From a virus, in IMG/VR virus record IMGVR_UViG_3300029258_004006: DNA of 64,000 nucleotides; one strand, 5' to 3'. Within the stretch, counting starts at the first letter, position 1. Every line of letters starts with the position of its first letter. Of this stretch, positions 1-9,544 are shown one piece after another. The notes below the pieces were generated by a model, which was not told where the DNA came from, ran no database searches, and saw nothing but the letters and a program-made list of their open reading frames with translations. The position numbers and the translations under genes are program-made.

Positions 1-939
1 CGACGGAAGATAGGGTTTTAAGGGTTTTACAGAGTTGTAAGTCCGTGCTGGGGTAGTACGAATGGTGACTCCACCTACTGCATCGATAGCAGAATCATGC
101 AGCATTTTCTCTGCCTTCTTTTTGCTAATAGGACTCCGCGCTACCCTCTTTTTATACAAGGCCTCAATTTTCTTACCCTCAACCTTTATCTTGTTAGCTT
201 CTTTTTTATCCCTAGCAACGGCTACAAAAACAAGGCTGGTCCCTTTGGGCGTTCGCTTACGAATTTGCGGTCTTCCCGGACCACCCTGAGCATTACTCGT
301 TTTTTTGCCGTCGAGCCTAACAAACCATTTAAGGGTCTTATTCAAAGCAGATATAAAAGGTCGGTCAAATTCATGAGGGTAACCACTCTGTATAAACATG
401 GTAGTTACACTGGCCCCGGTAGATACAGAAAGGTCTTCCTCCACCCTCATCTTATTCACTATCGCCTTGGGTGCCCCTTTTCCTGGAGCCCAGTCTATAT
501 CTACACCTTCAACCAATGTCAGCAAAGTATCGAGAACATTATTGAAATTACCGGGACCCTTTGTTCCACTAAAGGTGTAAGTATCAAAATCTATTGATCC
601 TACCTGGTCATCGGTAACTGAATCATAGAAACCAGCAAAACGGCTTTTCATTGTTTTAACTTCAGTCTTCTTCTTACCACGAGCGAACAGAGGTAGAAGT
701 TCCTTATAGGCCTCCTCCGTCAAACTAGCAGAGTGTTTAATTCTACCCTTTAGAATTAATATATATTCGCCAGAATAGGATATTGTACCACCGCTTTCAT
801 GCATCTCATCAACCGAGCTAGTCTCTGGAAAGACCTTTATTGTAAGTTCATCGGTAGATGCGGAACGGAGGGCTTCTGCCTTGCTAAATAAGTCAGCGGC
901 CTTTTGTTCAAAAAAATCAGCTAAAAGTTCGATATTCAT
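1..939 (-). CDS. hypothetical protein, C-terminus beyond window edge
   Basis: Absent from the ORF track because no stop falls inside the window. My hand translation of the minus strand from ATG 939-937 (MNIELLADFFEQKAADLFSK...) stays open for 313 codons to position 1. AGGAG lies about 6 nt upstream. Confidence 0.6.
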   Translation of the reverse strand, partial: MNIELLADFFEQKAADLFSKAEALRSASTDELTIKVFPETSSVDEMHESGGTISYSGEYILILKGRIKHSASLTEEAYKELLPLFARGKKKTEVKTMKSRFAGFYDSVTDDQVGSIDFDTYTFSGTKGPGNFNNVLDTLLTLVEGVDIDWAPGKGAPKAIVNKMRVEEDLSVSTGASVTTMFIQSGYPHEFDRPFISALNKTLKWFVRLDGKKTSNAQGGPGRPQIRKRTPKGTSLVFVAVARDKKEANKIKVEGKKIEALYKKRVARSPISKKKAEKMLHDSAIDAVGGVTIRTTPARTYNSVKPLKPYLPS

Positions 940-1025
940 GTTAACTCCTACTTTCTTTCATGAAGTTGAGCTAAAAACCGTCTAGTTAAATCTCTTGATA
1001 ATTCCAAGATGAGTTTGTTCATAGC

Positions 1026-1277
1026 CTATTTCCATCCCGCTTGTTGTAATGTTTGCATGGCCTTCTGCCGGGTCTTATTATTCTTCTGATGTTTGGGGTC
1101 GGTAAATTCGATATCAACAACCCGTTTTCCTGGCTTGGAAAGCCCAGCACAGATCACGTCTTTCCCTCGGTATACTTTTACGTAGCCATCCTCTTCAACC
1201 ACTTTCCAAATAGTAGATTCGAGAGAATAGAGAAGTTCTGTCCAACTCTTCTTCATGGTAGCGAATCCTAACCCCAT
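1026..1277 (-). CDS. small hypothetical protein
   Basis: 83-aa minus ORF. An internal ATG at 1256 (MKKSWTEL), 12 nt after the upstream stop, may be the true start. Confidence 0.45.
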   Translation of the reverse strand: MGLGFATMKKSWTELLYSLESTIWKVVEEDGYVKVYRGKDVICAGLSKPGKRVVDIEFTDPKHQKNNKTRQKAMQTLQQAGWK

Positions 1278-2356
1278 CGAGGGATATGGGCCTTTCTGGT
1301 TCTAACAGCTACTACCGCTTGAATTCCCGTGTCATATCGGTATTGTTTCTTGGCTGCTGGTAGGGTGCCGGCGGCTCCACCTCCCCCACCATCGGCTCCA
1401 ATGTCCCTCTCTAATCGACCAAGCTCTTCACTGAGAAAACTCAGGTGATCATATTCGAGGGTGATGGTCTGACCACCATACGAAAATTGCATGTCACCTT
1501 CGAGTAGATACTGCGTTCTGAGAGTCCACCACGCAGCGGCTTCCACGAGAAAATGCTCGAACCATTGCCAGGGGAAATTGCTGAAAGTCCAAGTGCTAAA
1601 GGGGTGTACGCGATTTACATAATTGAGAGCCTTTACATAATTGTTGCATAGCTCTCCATCGCTATACGCTTGGATAATCCCAGCCTGTTTTTGGATTTTG
1701 TCTACGTAAACTCGCAGTTGTTTGATCAGACTGAACATAACGTGAGGTGCTGACCAGACGATATCGACTACCCGTTCAAAAGGCTTTCCGGTGAGTGGAC
1801 GGTACTTCCAATAGATGAGGTATTCACCTCGCGTCAAACCAGGCAGTGAAAGCGTATAGCGGTACTGATCGGGTTCCTGTACTTCAATAACCTTGTTGCT
1901 GATTGCGTAGGTACCGATTGAAGTAGGTGTTGGGAACTTGATGCCTTCCAAACTGCCGATGTATTCCACTTGAACAGATAAATCCACCACTGGAAAATCA
2001 GAGAACATTTCCCAGACGTCGGATTCGTTTTCCATCACGAAACCAACTTGCTTGTACTCTTCTGTTATGGGGTGGGCTACTACCACGAAAAAGCGAGAGA
2101 TGGTATCCGTGTGGTCCCCACCACCGTATGTATAGGTCCACTCTATTTGGTGAGCCCCGAAAGTGGGATAACTGGGAACAGTCCAATCAAAAGCATACGC
2201 CTGAGGACCGGCCAAAGTGGCGGGGCCTTGCGTCAGGGTAGTGGTATTGGGATCCCGAATTACTACCTGCACCGCCCCATCTGGTACATGGGGAAGCGTT
2301 TCCCGAAAAGTAGTCTCCTTTTCGGGGAGTAGATTAGGTATGATTTGGTGAGCCAC
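1268..2356 (-). CDS. hypothetical protein (virion module)
   Basis: 362-aa minus ORF, co-oriented and contiguous with neighbours. No motif recognised. Confidence 0.65.
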   Translation of the reverse strand: MAHQIIPNLLPEKETTFRETLPHVPDGAVQVVIRDPNTTTLTQGPATLAGPQAYAFDWTVPSYPTFGAHQIEWTYTYGGGDHTDTISRFFVVVAHPITEEYKQVGFVMENESDVWEMFSDFPVVDLSVQVEYIGSLEGIKFPTPTSIGTYAISNKVIEVQEPDQYRYTLSLPGLTRGEYLIYWKYRPLTGKPFERVVDIVWSAPHVMFSLIKQLRVYVDKIQKQAGIIQAYSDGELCNNYVKALNYVNRVHPFSTWTFSNFPWQWFEHFLVEAAAWWTLRTQYLLEGDMQFSYGGQTITLEYDHLSFLSEELGRLERDIGADGGGGGAAGTLPAAKKQYRYDTGIQAVVAVRTRKAHIPRWG

Positions 2357-2371
2357 CTAAATCTCCTTGGG

Positions 2372-2554
2372 TTAGCGATCAAGACCGCCCCGACGACGTT
2401 TTCGTTTATTCTGCTTAATAAATTTCCTCACCAGAGGATCCTTACTAAGTTTGCGCATCCGCCGTTCGGCTTCCTCCAAGACTTCCTCGGTGATTTCCCC
2501 ACCCAATCCCATAGATACACTAACTTCTTCAGCAAAGCGCTTGATAGCACTCAT
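2372..2554 (-). CDS. small basic hypothetical protein
   Basis: 60-aa ORF filling the gap between neighbours. C-terminal KQNKRKRRRGG. Confidence 0.45.
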   Translation of the reverse strand: MSAIKRFAEEVSVSMGLGGEITEEVLEEAERRMRKLSKDPLVRKFIKQNKRKRRRGGLDR

Positions 2555-2573
2555 CTTTTCTTCTCCGGTTGTG

Positions 2574-3380
2574 TCAGTCGTTCATCGTATCAAAAACTTC
2601 TTTGACCATTAGGGAAGCCTCAACATCAGAGACTACTTTACCTGTCGGTTTAGTCATTTGATACGCCTTATGAATAGTCCATTGCTCCCCGGTTGCGTGG
2701 GGTACTAGGCAAACTCCCCTTTTCTTGGGGAAAACTACCAAGATTTTGTTGTGATCGGATTGAATTTGAACTGGGCCTCCAAAGCGCTTTGTGCGATGGC
2801 GGTTGTCCCAAATAGCCTGAGCAACGGCAGTATCTGCTAATTGAGGCTTTTTGTTCGGGGGATCATCACCCCCACAAGAGGCTTCCCCTGAATTATACAA
2901 AGGGCTAGGTGATTGAAACCGGCTATCACGACCTGTGCCCTGTGGTTGGGGGTTGGTTTGCCAATGAGGGGGATTGCCCCGGCCAGGACCAAATGGTAGA
3001 GGACTACGCCACCGCCAAGGAGCGGTTTGAGTATCATTATCGACGCGTGGACGGCGATACCAAGGTTTAGTGAAGTGCCAAGGCATCGCACCAGATGGAT
3101 CCAAAATAGATTTGGCCAAGAGAGCAGCTAGACGCGATCTACATCGTTGCTTTCGTTGTTCTTGACGACTTTCTAGTGAAGCAGCCAGTTGTTTTGCAGT
3201 TTTGATCCATCGTGGAGCATGAAGATCATCCATGGCCTCTTTGATTACTTTACAAATTCGCAAAGCAGCCTTACGCTTGGATGGACTTGTTGAGGGATTT
3301 CTAGCGAGTTTGTACAAACCCTGAGAGGTTTGATACAGGATGGTTTGCGCCTCGACTAGATCTTTGATAATATTACTCAT
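2574..3380 (-). CDS. hypothetical Pro/Trp/Arg-rich protein downstream of the actin-like gene
   Basis: ATG at 3380 overlaps the upstream TAA (ATGAGTAA). Occupies the position of a ParR-type adaptor, but no motif supports that. Confidence 0.6.
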   Translation of the reverse strand: MSNIIKDLVEAQTILYQTSQGLYKLARNPSTSPSKRKAALRICKVIKEAMDDLHAPRWIKTAKQLAASLESRQEQRKQRCRSRLAALLAKSILDPSGAMPWHFTKPWYRRPRVDNDTQTAPWRWRSPLPFGPGRGNPPHWQTNPQPQGTGRDSRFQSPSPLYNSGEASCGGDDPPNKKPQLADTAVAQAIWDNRHRTKRFGGPVQIQSDHNKILVVFPKKRGVCLVPHATGEQWTIHKAYQMTKPTGKVVSDVEASLMVKEVFDTMND

Positions 3381-4482
3381 CAGCATTCTCATCCAATTCA
3401 GTAACTTCAGGGTCCGGTGACGCTGCCGCCCTTTGCTTTTTGGTATTGGAAATGGCTTTGACTAAGCAACCATTAGCTACTGTGAAGAAGGGGTCTTCAG
3501 CCAGGCGGACTACCTTGGCTTGGAAAGGCAGACTAAATTGAGACAGTACCTCACGGAAACGCTCAATGAAACCAGGTACACAAGCCGTTCCCCCGGCTAC
3601 TACAATTTCAAGCGGGCTATCTATCTGAGTTTCCAATTTGTTGAATTCATTGGAGAGCTGTTTCAAAACCCCCTGGATCATCTCGGTATACGCATGGGTC
3701 AAGGCTAGTTTCTTGAGGTCTGTTGGATTCTTCTCTCGAAGATCAAGTTCTTTTTCTTTGAATCGCTGTAAAACCGAGACTTCCATGTCCAGCATGTTGG
3801 CTGCTTGCTGATCAATCCAATCACCAGATTGAGCAATCGAGAACATAATCAATGGCAGTTTTTTCCATGCCATACATATATTAACCATCCCAGCTCCGCA
3901 CGAGATAGAAATCCCGGAGAAGGGGTGTTCACCCTCTTCATCCTCAGCCACGGGGCACTCACTAAAGATGATAGCCAGTGCTTCCGGAATGCACTCAACC
4001 TGGTAACCCAGGCTCATAAAGAACCCAGTCATGATAGCCTGGTGAAAAGTGACCGTGATATTGGGGTTATCAATGGGTTGGGCGGGAGCGCAATACACCA
4101 AGTGTTGGTTCTTGCAGGGCTGACCGAGCAAATTGCGGAGAATTTGCTGGATAATGGCGATACTGAGTTTTTCTCCACCTGTGTTCAGGATTCCATGACG
4201 CATAGGACGGCGAAGAGCACCTACTCGGGTAGCAACGATATCAGTAGCATCACCCCCCAGGGACAGAGTGTTTTTCAGGCGAATAGCGTCCTCCCCTACC
4301 ACATAGTAGTCGCCATCTTGTTGAACAAAGGACCAGTCGTTTTCACGCAGAAACTCCTCCGTGTCAACGGTAGACGCTGCCTGTAAAAAACAGTTGCGTT
4401 CTTGGGTGAATTCTGTATCCCCTTCGTCAGACAATTTGCTTTTGACTAAAAAGGCGGTACCTACATCTAATCCAATGGCCAT
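3373..4482 (-). CDS. actin-like ATPase (ParM/MreB/Hsp70 superfamily)
   Basis: Phosphate-1 MAIGLDVGTAFLVKS, phosphate-2-like GISISCGAGMVNI and adenosine motif IVVAGGTACVPGF occur in the order expected for the actin fold. Superfamily-level call only. Confidence 0.6.
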   Translation of the reverse strand: MAIGLDVGTAFLVKSKLSDEGDTEFTQERNCFLQAASTVDTEEFLRENDWSFVQQDGDYYVVGEDAIRLKNTLSLGGDATDIVATRVGALRRPMRHGILNTGGEKLSIAIIQQILRNLLGQPCKNQHLVYCAPAQPIDNPNITVTFHQAIMTGFFMSLGYQVECIPEALAIIFSECPVAEDEEGEHPFSGISISCGAGMVNICMAWKKLPLIMFSIAQSGDWIDQQAANMLDMEVSVLQRFKEKELDLREKNPTDLKKLALTHAYTEMIQGVLKQLSNEFNKLETQIDSPLEIVVAGGTACVPGFIERFREVLSQFSLPFQAKVVRLAEDPFFTVANGCLVKAISNTKKQRAAASPDPEVTELDENADE

Positions 4483-4491
4483 CTTAGCTCC

Positions 4492-5043
4492 TTATAGTTC
4501 GTCAGCCAAATCCGCTGCCCGGCTTTTCTTCTTTGTTTTTTTCTTCTTCTTTTTACCCTGACCCTTGAGGCCCGATTGATCAATGGACTTCTGGGTAATT
4601 TCAGCTAACAGATGTGGGTCAACGGAAGTACCACTTTCCAGAGCACCTTCTACTGATCCACTTGTTACCGTTGTTGTAGATTGACCGATTTGGTTTTTGA
4701 TACCCAGCAAGAGGTCTTTCAACTCAGCTACTTGGGCATTAGCTTTTTCTTCGGCTCTTTTGTCGATTATTGTTGCCAACTTATCCAAATCAATTTCGGC
4801 TGAATGGTTATGTTGATGGGTTACTTTTCTTCCAACGACGGTTTTTGGTTTTTGATCTACTACCAGACGAAGTTTTTTCTCTCGGATCAAACGACGAAGT
4901 GTTTCGCTCGCACGAAGCTTCTTCCGAGAGATAAACTCTTCCAGATCTACGGTACGATTTTGGCCGATCTCTACATTCAATTCGGGAATGAAGACCGGAC
5001 CAGGATTGGGATTGAAAATGGTGTACAAGCCACTCGTCCTCAT
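4492..5043 (-). CDS. hypothetical protein with C-terminal poly-Lys tail
   Basis: 183-aa ORF ending GQGKKKKKKTKKKSRAADLADEL. Confidence 0.6.
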   Translation of the reverse strand: MRTSGLYTIFNPNPGPVFIPELNVEIGQNRTVDLEEFISRKKLRASETLRRLIREKKLRLVVDQKPKTVVGRKVTHQHNHSAEIDLDKLATIIDKRAEEKANAQVAELKDLLLGIKNQIGQSTTTVTSGSVEGALESGTSVDPHLLAEITQKSIDQSGLKGQGKKKKKKTKKKSRAADLADEL

Positions 5044-5366
5044 TAGTATTCTTCAGTAGCCAGGTTGGATCGAATTCTAGTGACCAATTCGCCAATTTCC
5101 CGCAAAACACATTCTAGTCGATGAAAGGAATCTGCGTAACCATGTTCTGCTTCATATTCAGCGGCTTTCCGGATGATTTTCTCAGATTCATCCAATATGG
5201 ACTTGGAATCGCACAATAATTGTCTTGCACGTAAAAGACCAGAACGAACTGCTCTTTCTCCCACTAGTGTTCGGTTTCCCAAAGAAACCGATTTGGCCCA
5301 TACCCTCTTTGCCTTCTGTAAAAGCAATCCCGCAGCAGACAGCAGAGACATTTCCGCTGGAGTCAT
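5043..5366 (-). CDS. hypothetical protein
   Basis: 107-aa ORF abutting its neighbours. Confidence 0.5.
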   Translation of the reverse strand: MTPAEMSLLSAAGLLLQKAKRVWAKSVSLGNRTLVGERAVRSGLLRARQLLCDSKSILDESEKIIRKAAEYEAEHGYADSFHRLECVLREIGELVTRIRSNLATEEY

Positions 5367-5421
5367 GGGGACACCATTTTCACCCCGGAGCGATAACGCT
5401 GGCTAGGGTTCCACAATCCTC

Positions 5422-5874
5422 TTATGGTAGGGGCCAGACTACGGTCCCGTCAACTAATTTGACCTCGTCAGTGGTCTCCCAATTGACATTGAAAAACACC
5501 TTCACTGGGTCTCCACCATCTTCAACAACGTCCATATTACAATCTATCTTGTCCTCACCGCTAGGTTTATCAAAGGTGAGAGTTATTTCTGAGGCGGTTA
5601 CGTCAACCTGACAGTCGGTTGCTGATGACTTAGCAATGTTATCAGCGGTCAGATTGGTTCCTGTGATGGTGATTATCTGCTGAGTGGCTATCCCATAGAA
5701 AGGGTCATGTATTAGAAAATCGTTTGGTGATTTTTCAAACAAGACACCACACTTATCAAAGAAATCAAAGGCTTCTGCGAGAACAAATTCCTCCTCATCA
5801 CTTATTGCCGGTACGTTAGGGTATTGATCATTTGTCTGCCGCATACTCGAAGCGGTTAAAGATTGAATATTCAT
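5422..5874 (-). CDS. hypothetical protein (possible Ig/IPT-like segment ITITGTNL)
   Basis: 150-aa ORF directly upstream of the spike gene in transcription order. Domain hint is weak. Confidence 0.55.
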   Translation of the reverse strand: MNIQSLTASSMRQTNDQYPNVPAISDEEEFVLAEAFDFFDKCGVLFEKSPNDFLIHDPFYGIATQQIITITGTNLTADNIAKSSATDCQVDVTASEITLTFDKPSGEDKIDCNMDVVEDGGDPVKVFFNVNWETTDEVKLVDGTVVWPLP

Positions 5875-5882
5875 AATTGCTC

Positions 5883-7487
5883 CTATGTCGCAAAATTGCC
5901 ATGTGATACATTACCAGGAAAAGTCCCATCCGCAGGGGAGAAGTTAAAACTAGAATATGCACTAACGGTACTGTTGGATATCGTGATAGTACAGTTGGAA
6001 CCTGCCGGTCCTTGGTACCCTGTTCCTCCGGTTAGATAGATACTAGTACCACCTCGGGAGTGTCCAAACAGCGGAAGACTAGATGTACCGGATCCATTTT
6101 GAATTACCTGTCCACCCCAGGTTAGGGTGGATTGTTGAGCAACATGGGCAAAGCCATCGTATTGGTTGACTCGGAGACTACTGAATGAACAACTAGCTCG
6201 GTTGATGATATACAAGAATATAGACGATAGCGTCCCAGGACCTTGCACACGACCACTAAAGGTAAAATTGCCTTGGCTAGAATCAAGCTGAATGAAGTAG
6301 CCTGAACTAGAAAAGGGGATTGTGGCGGTACTTGAAATACCAACTTCAATACAACTCGCTGAGTAACCATAGAACATCTTCATAGAACCGGGTGTGGTAA
6401 CTGTTAAAGAACCTAGTCCAGCTCGGTAATAAGAACCCATGGATACTTTGACCCCATATGCACCAATCGAGGTTAGTGACAGGTCACCACTCTGTTCCAG
6501 ATAGGATCCGTATTGAACATCCAACGCGTTTGTGACATCGCTAATAGTAATGTCACACAGGAGGAAAGCTCGCGAACGTTTCACCACGAAGCCCACAGTG
6601 TTAGCAACACCAGGCCCGGTGAAATTTAAATCCTGTTGGATATTAGCAGAGGAAAACTCATTTACCCAAAATCCTACCCACCCGGTGATACCACCATTAT
6701 GAGTAATGGTGATGGTAGTTGAATCATCTTCACCATAAAAACAACTACCGTTGATTACCTGAATACCTGTTTTGTCTGTGGGTACCCGGACTTGAAGATT
6801 GTCCTGAATAGTGAAAACGGAGTTTTTATCAACTTGGATACCAAAAGTAGGAGATGAAGTCTGTCCTACTCGAAGTTCAGTGAGGGCTGTGTATCGACTG
6901 TTTTCACATAGTATGCCCACTGCTGAAGTGTCAACCTCTACGATTCCATCACTTTGTACTACCGCACCATGATTGAGGACAAAAGCGTTGGCAGCACCGG
7001 TATTGGCGTAAAGATCCTTCAAAATCACGTTACAGTTTGCGAAGGTCGATTGAGAATTGAGAACAGTGCCACTGCCTCCAAAACTGGTGTAGTTACCTTC
7101 GATTGTAAGAGAGCCATTTGGTCCTACTGGAATACCCTGAAGATCAAATCCCGCAAAGGAAGCAGTTTCTTTGATATCAATGAGCACAGCAGCATCTATG
7201 CATCTGCCTTGTAGGTCTTGGATCGCCCTGTTGATGGTAGCATAGGCGGTTCCAGAAGTAGAGCCATCACCAGTGGTATCATTACCAGCCGCTCGGACAT
7301 AAATGGTGAGAGCGGTACTAATCGCACCTTCATTGGCCCACACTGATCCATCGTAAACGCGAAGACCAGCTACATTCTGGTTGAAGTACACCCTTCCTGC
7401 GGTTCCAACTGGATCAACCGCCAAATTTTCGAATCGGGGGTTTATTAGATAACCCCCAGCTAATTGAAGATCACCATTCAAAAGCAT
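5883..7487 (-). CDS. tail spike/fibre protein with probable right-handed beta-helix domain
   Basis: N-terminal fibre-like motif GRVYFNQNVAGLRVYDGSVWA. It is followed by YVRAAGNDTTGDGSTSGTAYATINRAIQ, typical of the start of pectate-lyase-like beta-helices. The remainder is repetitive and Gly/Ser/Thr/Asn-rich. Confidence 0.5.
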   Translation of the reverse strand: MLLNGDLQLAGGYLINPRFENLAVDPVGTAGRVYFNQNVAGLRVYDGSVWANEGAISTALTIYVRAAGNDTTGDGSTSGTAYATINRAIQDLQGRCIDAAVLIDIKETASFAGFDLQGIPVGPNGSLTIEGNYTSFGGSGTVLNSQSTFANCNVILKDLYANTGAANAFVLNHGAVVQSDGIVEVDTSAVGILCENSRYTALTELRVGQTSSPTFGIQVDKNSVFTIQDNLQVRVPTDKTGIQVINGSCFYGEDDSTTITITHNGGITGWVGFWVNEFSSANIQQDLNFTGPGVANTVGFVVKRSRAFLLCDITISDVTNALDVQYGSYLEQSGDLSLTSIGAYGVKVSMGSYYRAGLGSLTVTTPGSMKMFYGYSASCIEVGISSTATIPFSSSGYFIQLDSSQGNFTFSGRVQGPGTLSSIFLYIINRASCSFSSLRVNQYDGFAHVAQQSTLTWGGQVIQNGSGTSSLPLFGHSRGGTSIYLTGGTGYQGPAGSNCTITISNSTVSAYSSFNFSPADGTFPGNVSHGNFAT

Positions 7488-7502
7488 ATTTTTCTCCTGG
7501 GT

Positions 7503-8069
7503 TCAATGACCGGAATTTTCAAGTCCATGGAAGTTCCTCTCAGGATCGGATCCGACAGGAAACAAGAAACTCTCTTCATGAAGAGAGGGAGCAGCGGATA
7601 AACCTGATTCACCACATGCTGAATTCAAACCTCTTGAAACAGCCCGAGCAATGGCCAACACTGCACGAGCTTCATCCTTTTCTATCAATCCTGAGTAGAA
7701 AGTATTGAAATAACCCACGGTACTGGTCATAACCCCATCTACAACCACCACAACGACGGGCTGAATATTGGGTGTAAGAGGGAGTTTATCCAAAGCTTCC
7801 AGAGTTAGCTGACGGAGTTGTTCAAACGTAGCATTGGGATCATCCCAGTCTTCCAACGCCTCCGCCACATAACTCACCCCCATACAAATTTCTGGCTTAT
7901 GATTGGCCACTTCCGGGGAAGTAAAGGCTATGCGAGCACCAGTTGCACTGACGTGTTCAATGATGGGGCTAACTACGGTCCAATTGGTGGAAGCACAGCC
8001 ACCACTTAGACTAATCAGTCCGAGCAATAGAGCAGTTACAATAGCATGAGATACAGTAGGTATTACCAC
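7503..8069 (-). CDS. putative lipoprotein
   Basis: Signal peptide and lipobox ...LLLGLISLSGG|CAST near the N-terminus. Confidence 0.6.
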   Translation of the reverse strand: MVIPTVSHAIVTALLLGLISLSGGCASTNWTVVSPIIEHVSATGARIAFTSPEVANHKPEICMGVSYVAEALEDWDDPNATFEQLRQLTLEALDKLPLTPNIQPVVVVVVDGVMTSTVGYFNTFYSGLIEKDEARAVLAIARAVSRGLNSACGESGLSAAPSLHEESFLFPVGSDPERNFHGLENSGH

Positions 8070-8080
8070 GATAAACTCCT

Positions 8081-8560
8081 TTAGACAACCAGTCCGGCAT
8101 GTTTTAGTATCTGAGAATCCCGAAACGTCAAACCTGTTAATTCACCTAGTATCAATGCCCCCTCGGTAGCATCCATCTCTTCCGTGTATTCAAACCCAAG
8201 AAAATACTGGGGTGCGTCTGGATTAATATCCACTGATCCTGGAATCTGAATGGACAGCATTTGTCCAGCAACGACTGAGAAGCTCTTGACAGTGCATGAT
8301 ATCCCCTCATCAGGAGTTTGAGAAGCAGCCTTCTTTTCTTTGTAGTGCCACACTAGTTTTCCTGGTACGGTCCCATTGCCGCCGGCATGAATCAGATTCA
8401 ATCTAGGCTGGTGAATTGAAGTCAGCTTTCGTAGGCTAAGAGAGTCGGACAACGGAGCCCACTGTTCATTACCTAAGTTAATGTCCTTGTTAACCGGGAG
8501 TTTCATAATGAGTGATACTGGTAGTAACTGTAGATCTGACAAACCATTTCCTCCTACCAC
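8081..8560 (-). CDS. hypothetical protein
   Basis: 159-aa minus ORF, contiguous packing. Confidence 0.55.
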   Translation of the reverse strand: MVGGNGLSDLQLLPVSLIMKLPVNKDINLGNEQWAPLSDSLSLRKLTSIHQPRLNLIHAGGNGTVPGKLVWHYKEKKAASQTPDEGISCTVKSFSVVAGQMLSIQIPGSVDINPDAPQYFLGFEYTEEMDATEGALILGELTGLTFRDSQILKHAGLVV

Positions 8561-8562
8561 CG

Positions 8563-8937
8563 TTAGTTATTAACGTCGGGTTCCTCTAACACGAGGGATG
8601 CTCTTCCATCATGGGTCGCATCCTTGTATAATTCCCTATCTAAGACTTCGGGCTGTATGATCCCCGAATACTGCCCCGAATTAACATCAACAAAAATAGA
8701 AATGTCATCAAAGTTTTCTACCTTAAGACGATGGAAGTAAATCCGGAATACGTTATCACTATTAACTTGTTGGGGATAGAAGTACATCTCTGCTATGGGT
8801 AATTGACCCCGCCGAACCTGAACTAAGCCCAAAGTAACTAGAGAGGAGACGAAAGCACCATCTTCCATCAGGTAGGTGTAAACCGCCACTTCCTTACTTT
8901 GAGGGTGGATTTCAGCAGTACCATGCAGAGTGGCCAT
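8563..8937 (-). CDS. hypothetical protein
   Basis: 124-aa minus ORF, contiguous packing. Confidence 0.55.
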   Translation of the reverse strand: MATLHGTAEIHPQSKEVAVYTYLMEDGAFVSSLVTLGLVQVRRGQLPIAEMYFYPQQVNSDNVFRIYFHRLKVENFDDISIFVDVNSGQYSGIIQPEVLDRELYKDATHDGRASLVLEEPDVNN

Positions 8938-9203
8938 TACAAAATACTTCCATCGGGATTAGCTCGGGTGTATTCTACCCTCAGTGGTTGTAGGCGTTGT
9001 TCTATGTCCATTTTTACCACGGCGGGAATGATTCCCCCAGAATACCTGACTTCAACCACCCTAGATGATTGGCCATGTACGATAGCCAATATATGATGAC
9101 GGCCCACATATTGCTGGGCCAATAACACTAGTATGGTGTCATCTTCAGGAAATTCTTGACGTAGAGCCACATCAACCTCGACTAAGCATACTGTTTGAAC
9201 CAC
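8937..9203 (-). CDS. hypothetical protein
   Basis: 88-aa ORF. Start uncertain because it overlaps the upstream ORF by 22 nt. Confidence 0.45.
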   Translation of the reverse strand: MVQTVCLVEVDVALRQEFPEDDTILVLLAQQYVGRHHILAIVHGQSSRVVEVRYSGGIIPAVVKMDIEQRLQPLRVEYTRANPDGSIL

Positions 9204-9544
9204 GCTAGGGCTTCACGACAGGCCTCATTATGATGTTTAATTTCAAAATCTTGAACCACCATATCTTGAGGTGGCTTAAATCTCCCGATGGTTTCAACAC
9301 CATTATAGACCCCAAAGATCATCGTGACTATTTCATTCGCAAATTCTGTAGCTGATCGAAGGCCTTCGCCATGGAAAACTTCCATGTAGAAAGTCTTATC
9401 AACACCATCATGTGTTTTGGAAGCGGTCACATTGATGAAGGAGGAATCCACTTCTCTTTGGAGCCTGTATCCCCGACTCTTAAGGAGTTGTGAAACATCC
9501 CTTAGGAAAGTCCCAGCAAACTGGGTAACGATTTGAAGACTCAT
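9182..9544 (-). CDS. hypothetical protein
   Basis: 120-aa ORF with a 4-nt overlap onto the HNH gene end. Confidence 0.5.
   Translation of the reverse strand: MSLQIVTQFAGTFLRDVSQLLKSRGYRLQREVDSSFINVTASKTHDGVDKTFYMEVFHGEGLRSATEFANEIVTMIFGVYNGVETIGRFKPPQDMVVQDFEIKHHNEACREALAWFKQYA

Noticed and set aside
3805-4386. Long plus-strand ORFs. Examples are 97-597, 3805-4386, 26342-26995, 30420-30947, 50351-50806 and 62152-62697.
   Set aside because: Each lies entirely antisense to a longer minus-strand ORF that carries recognisable motifs or fits the contiguous operon packing. Their translations are low-complexity, with no RBS or motif. I treat them as shadow ORFs.
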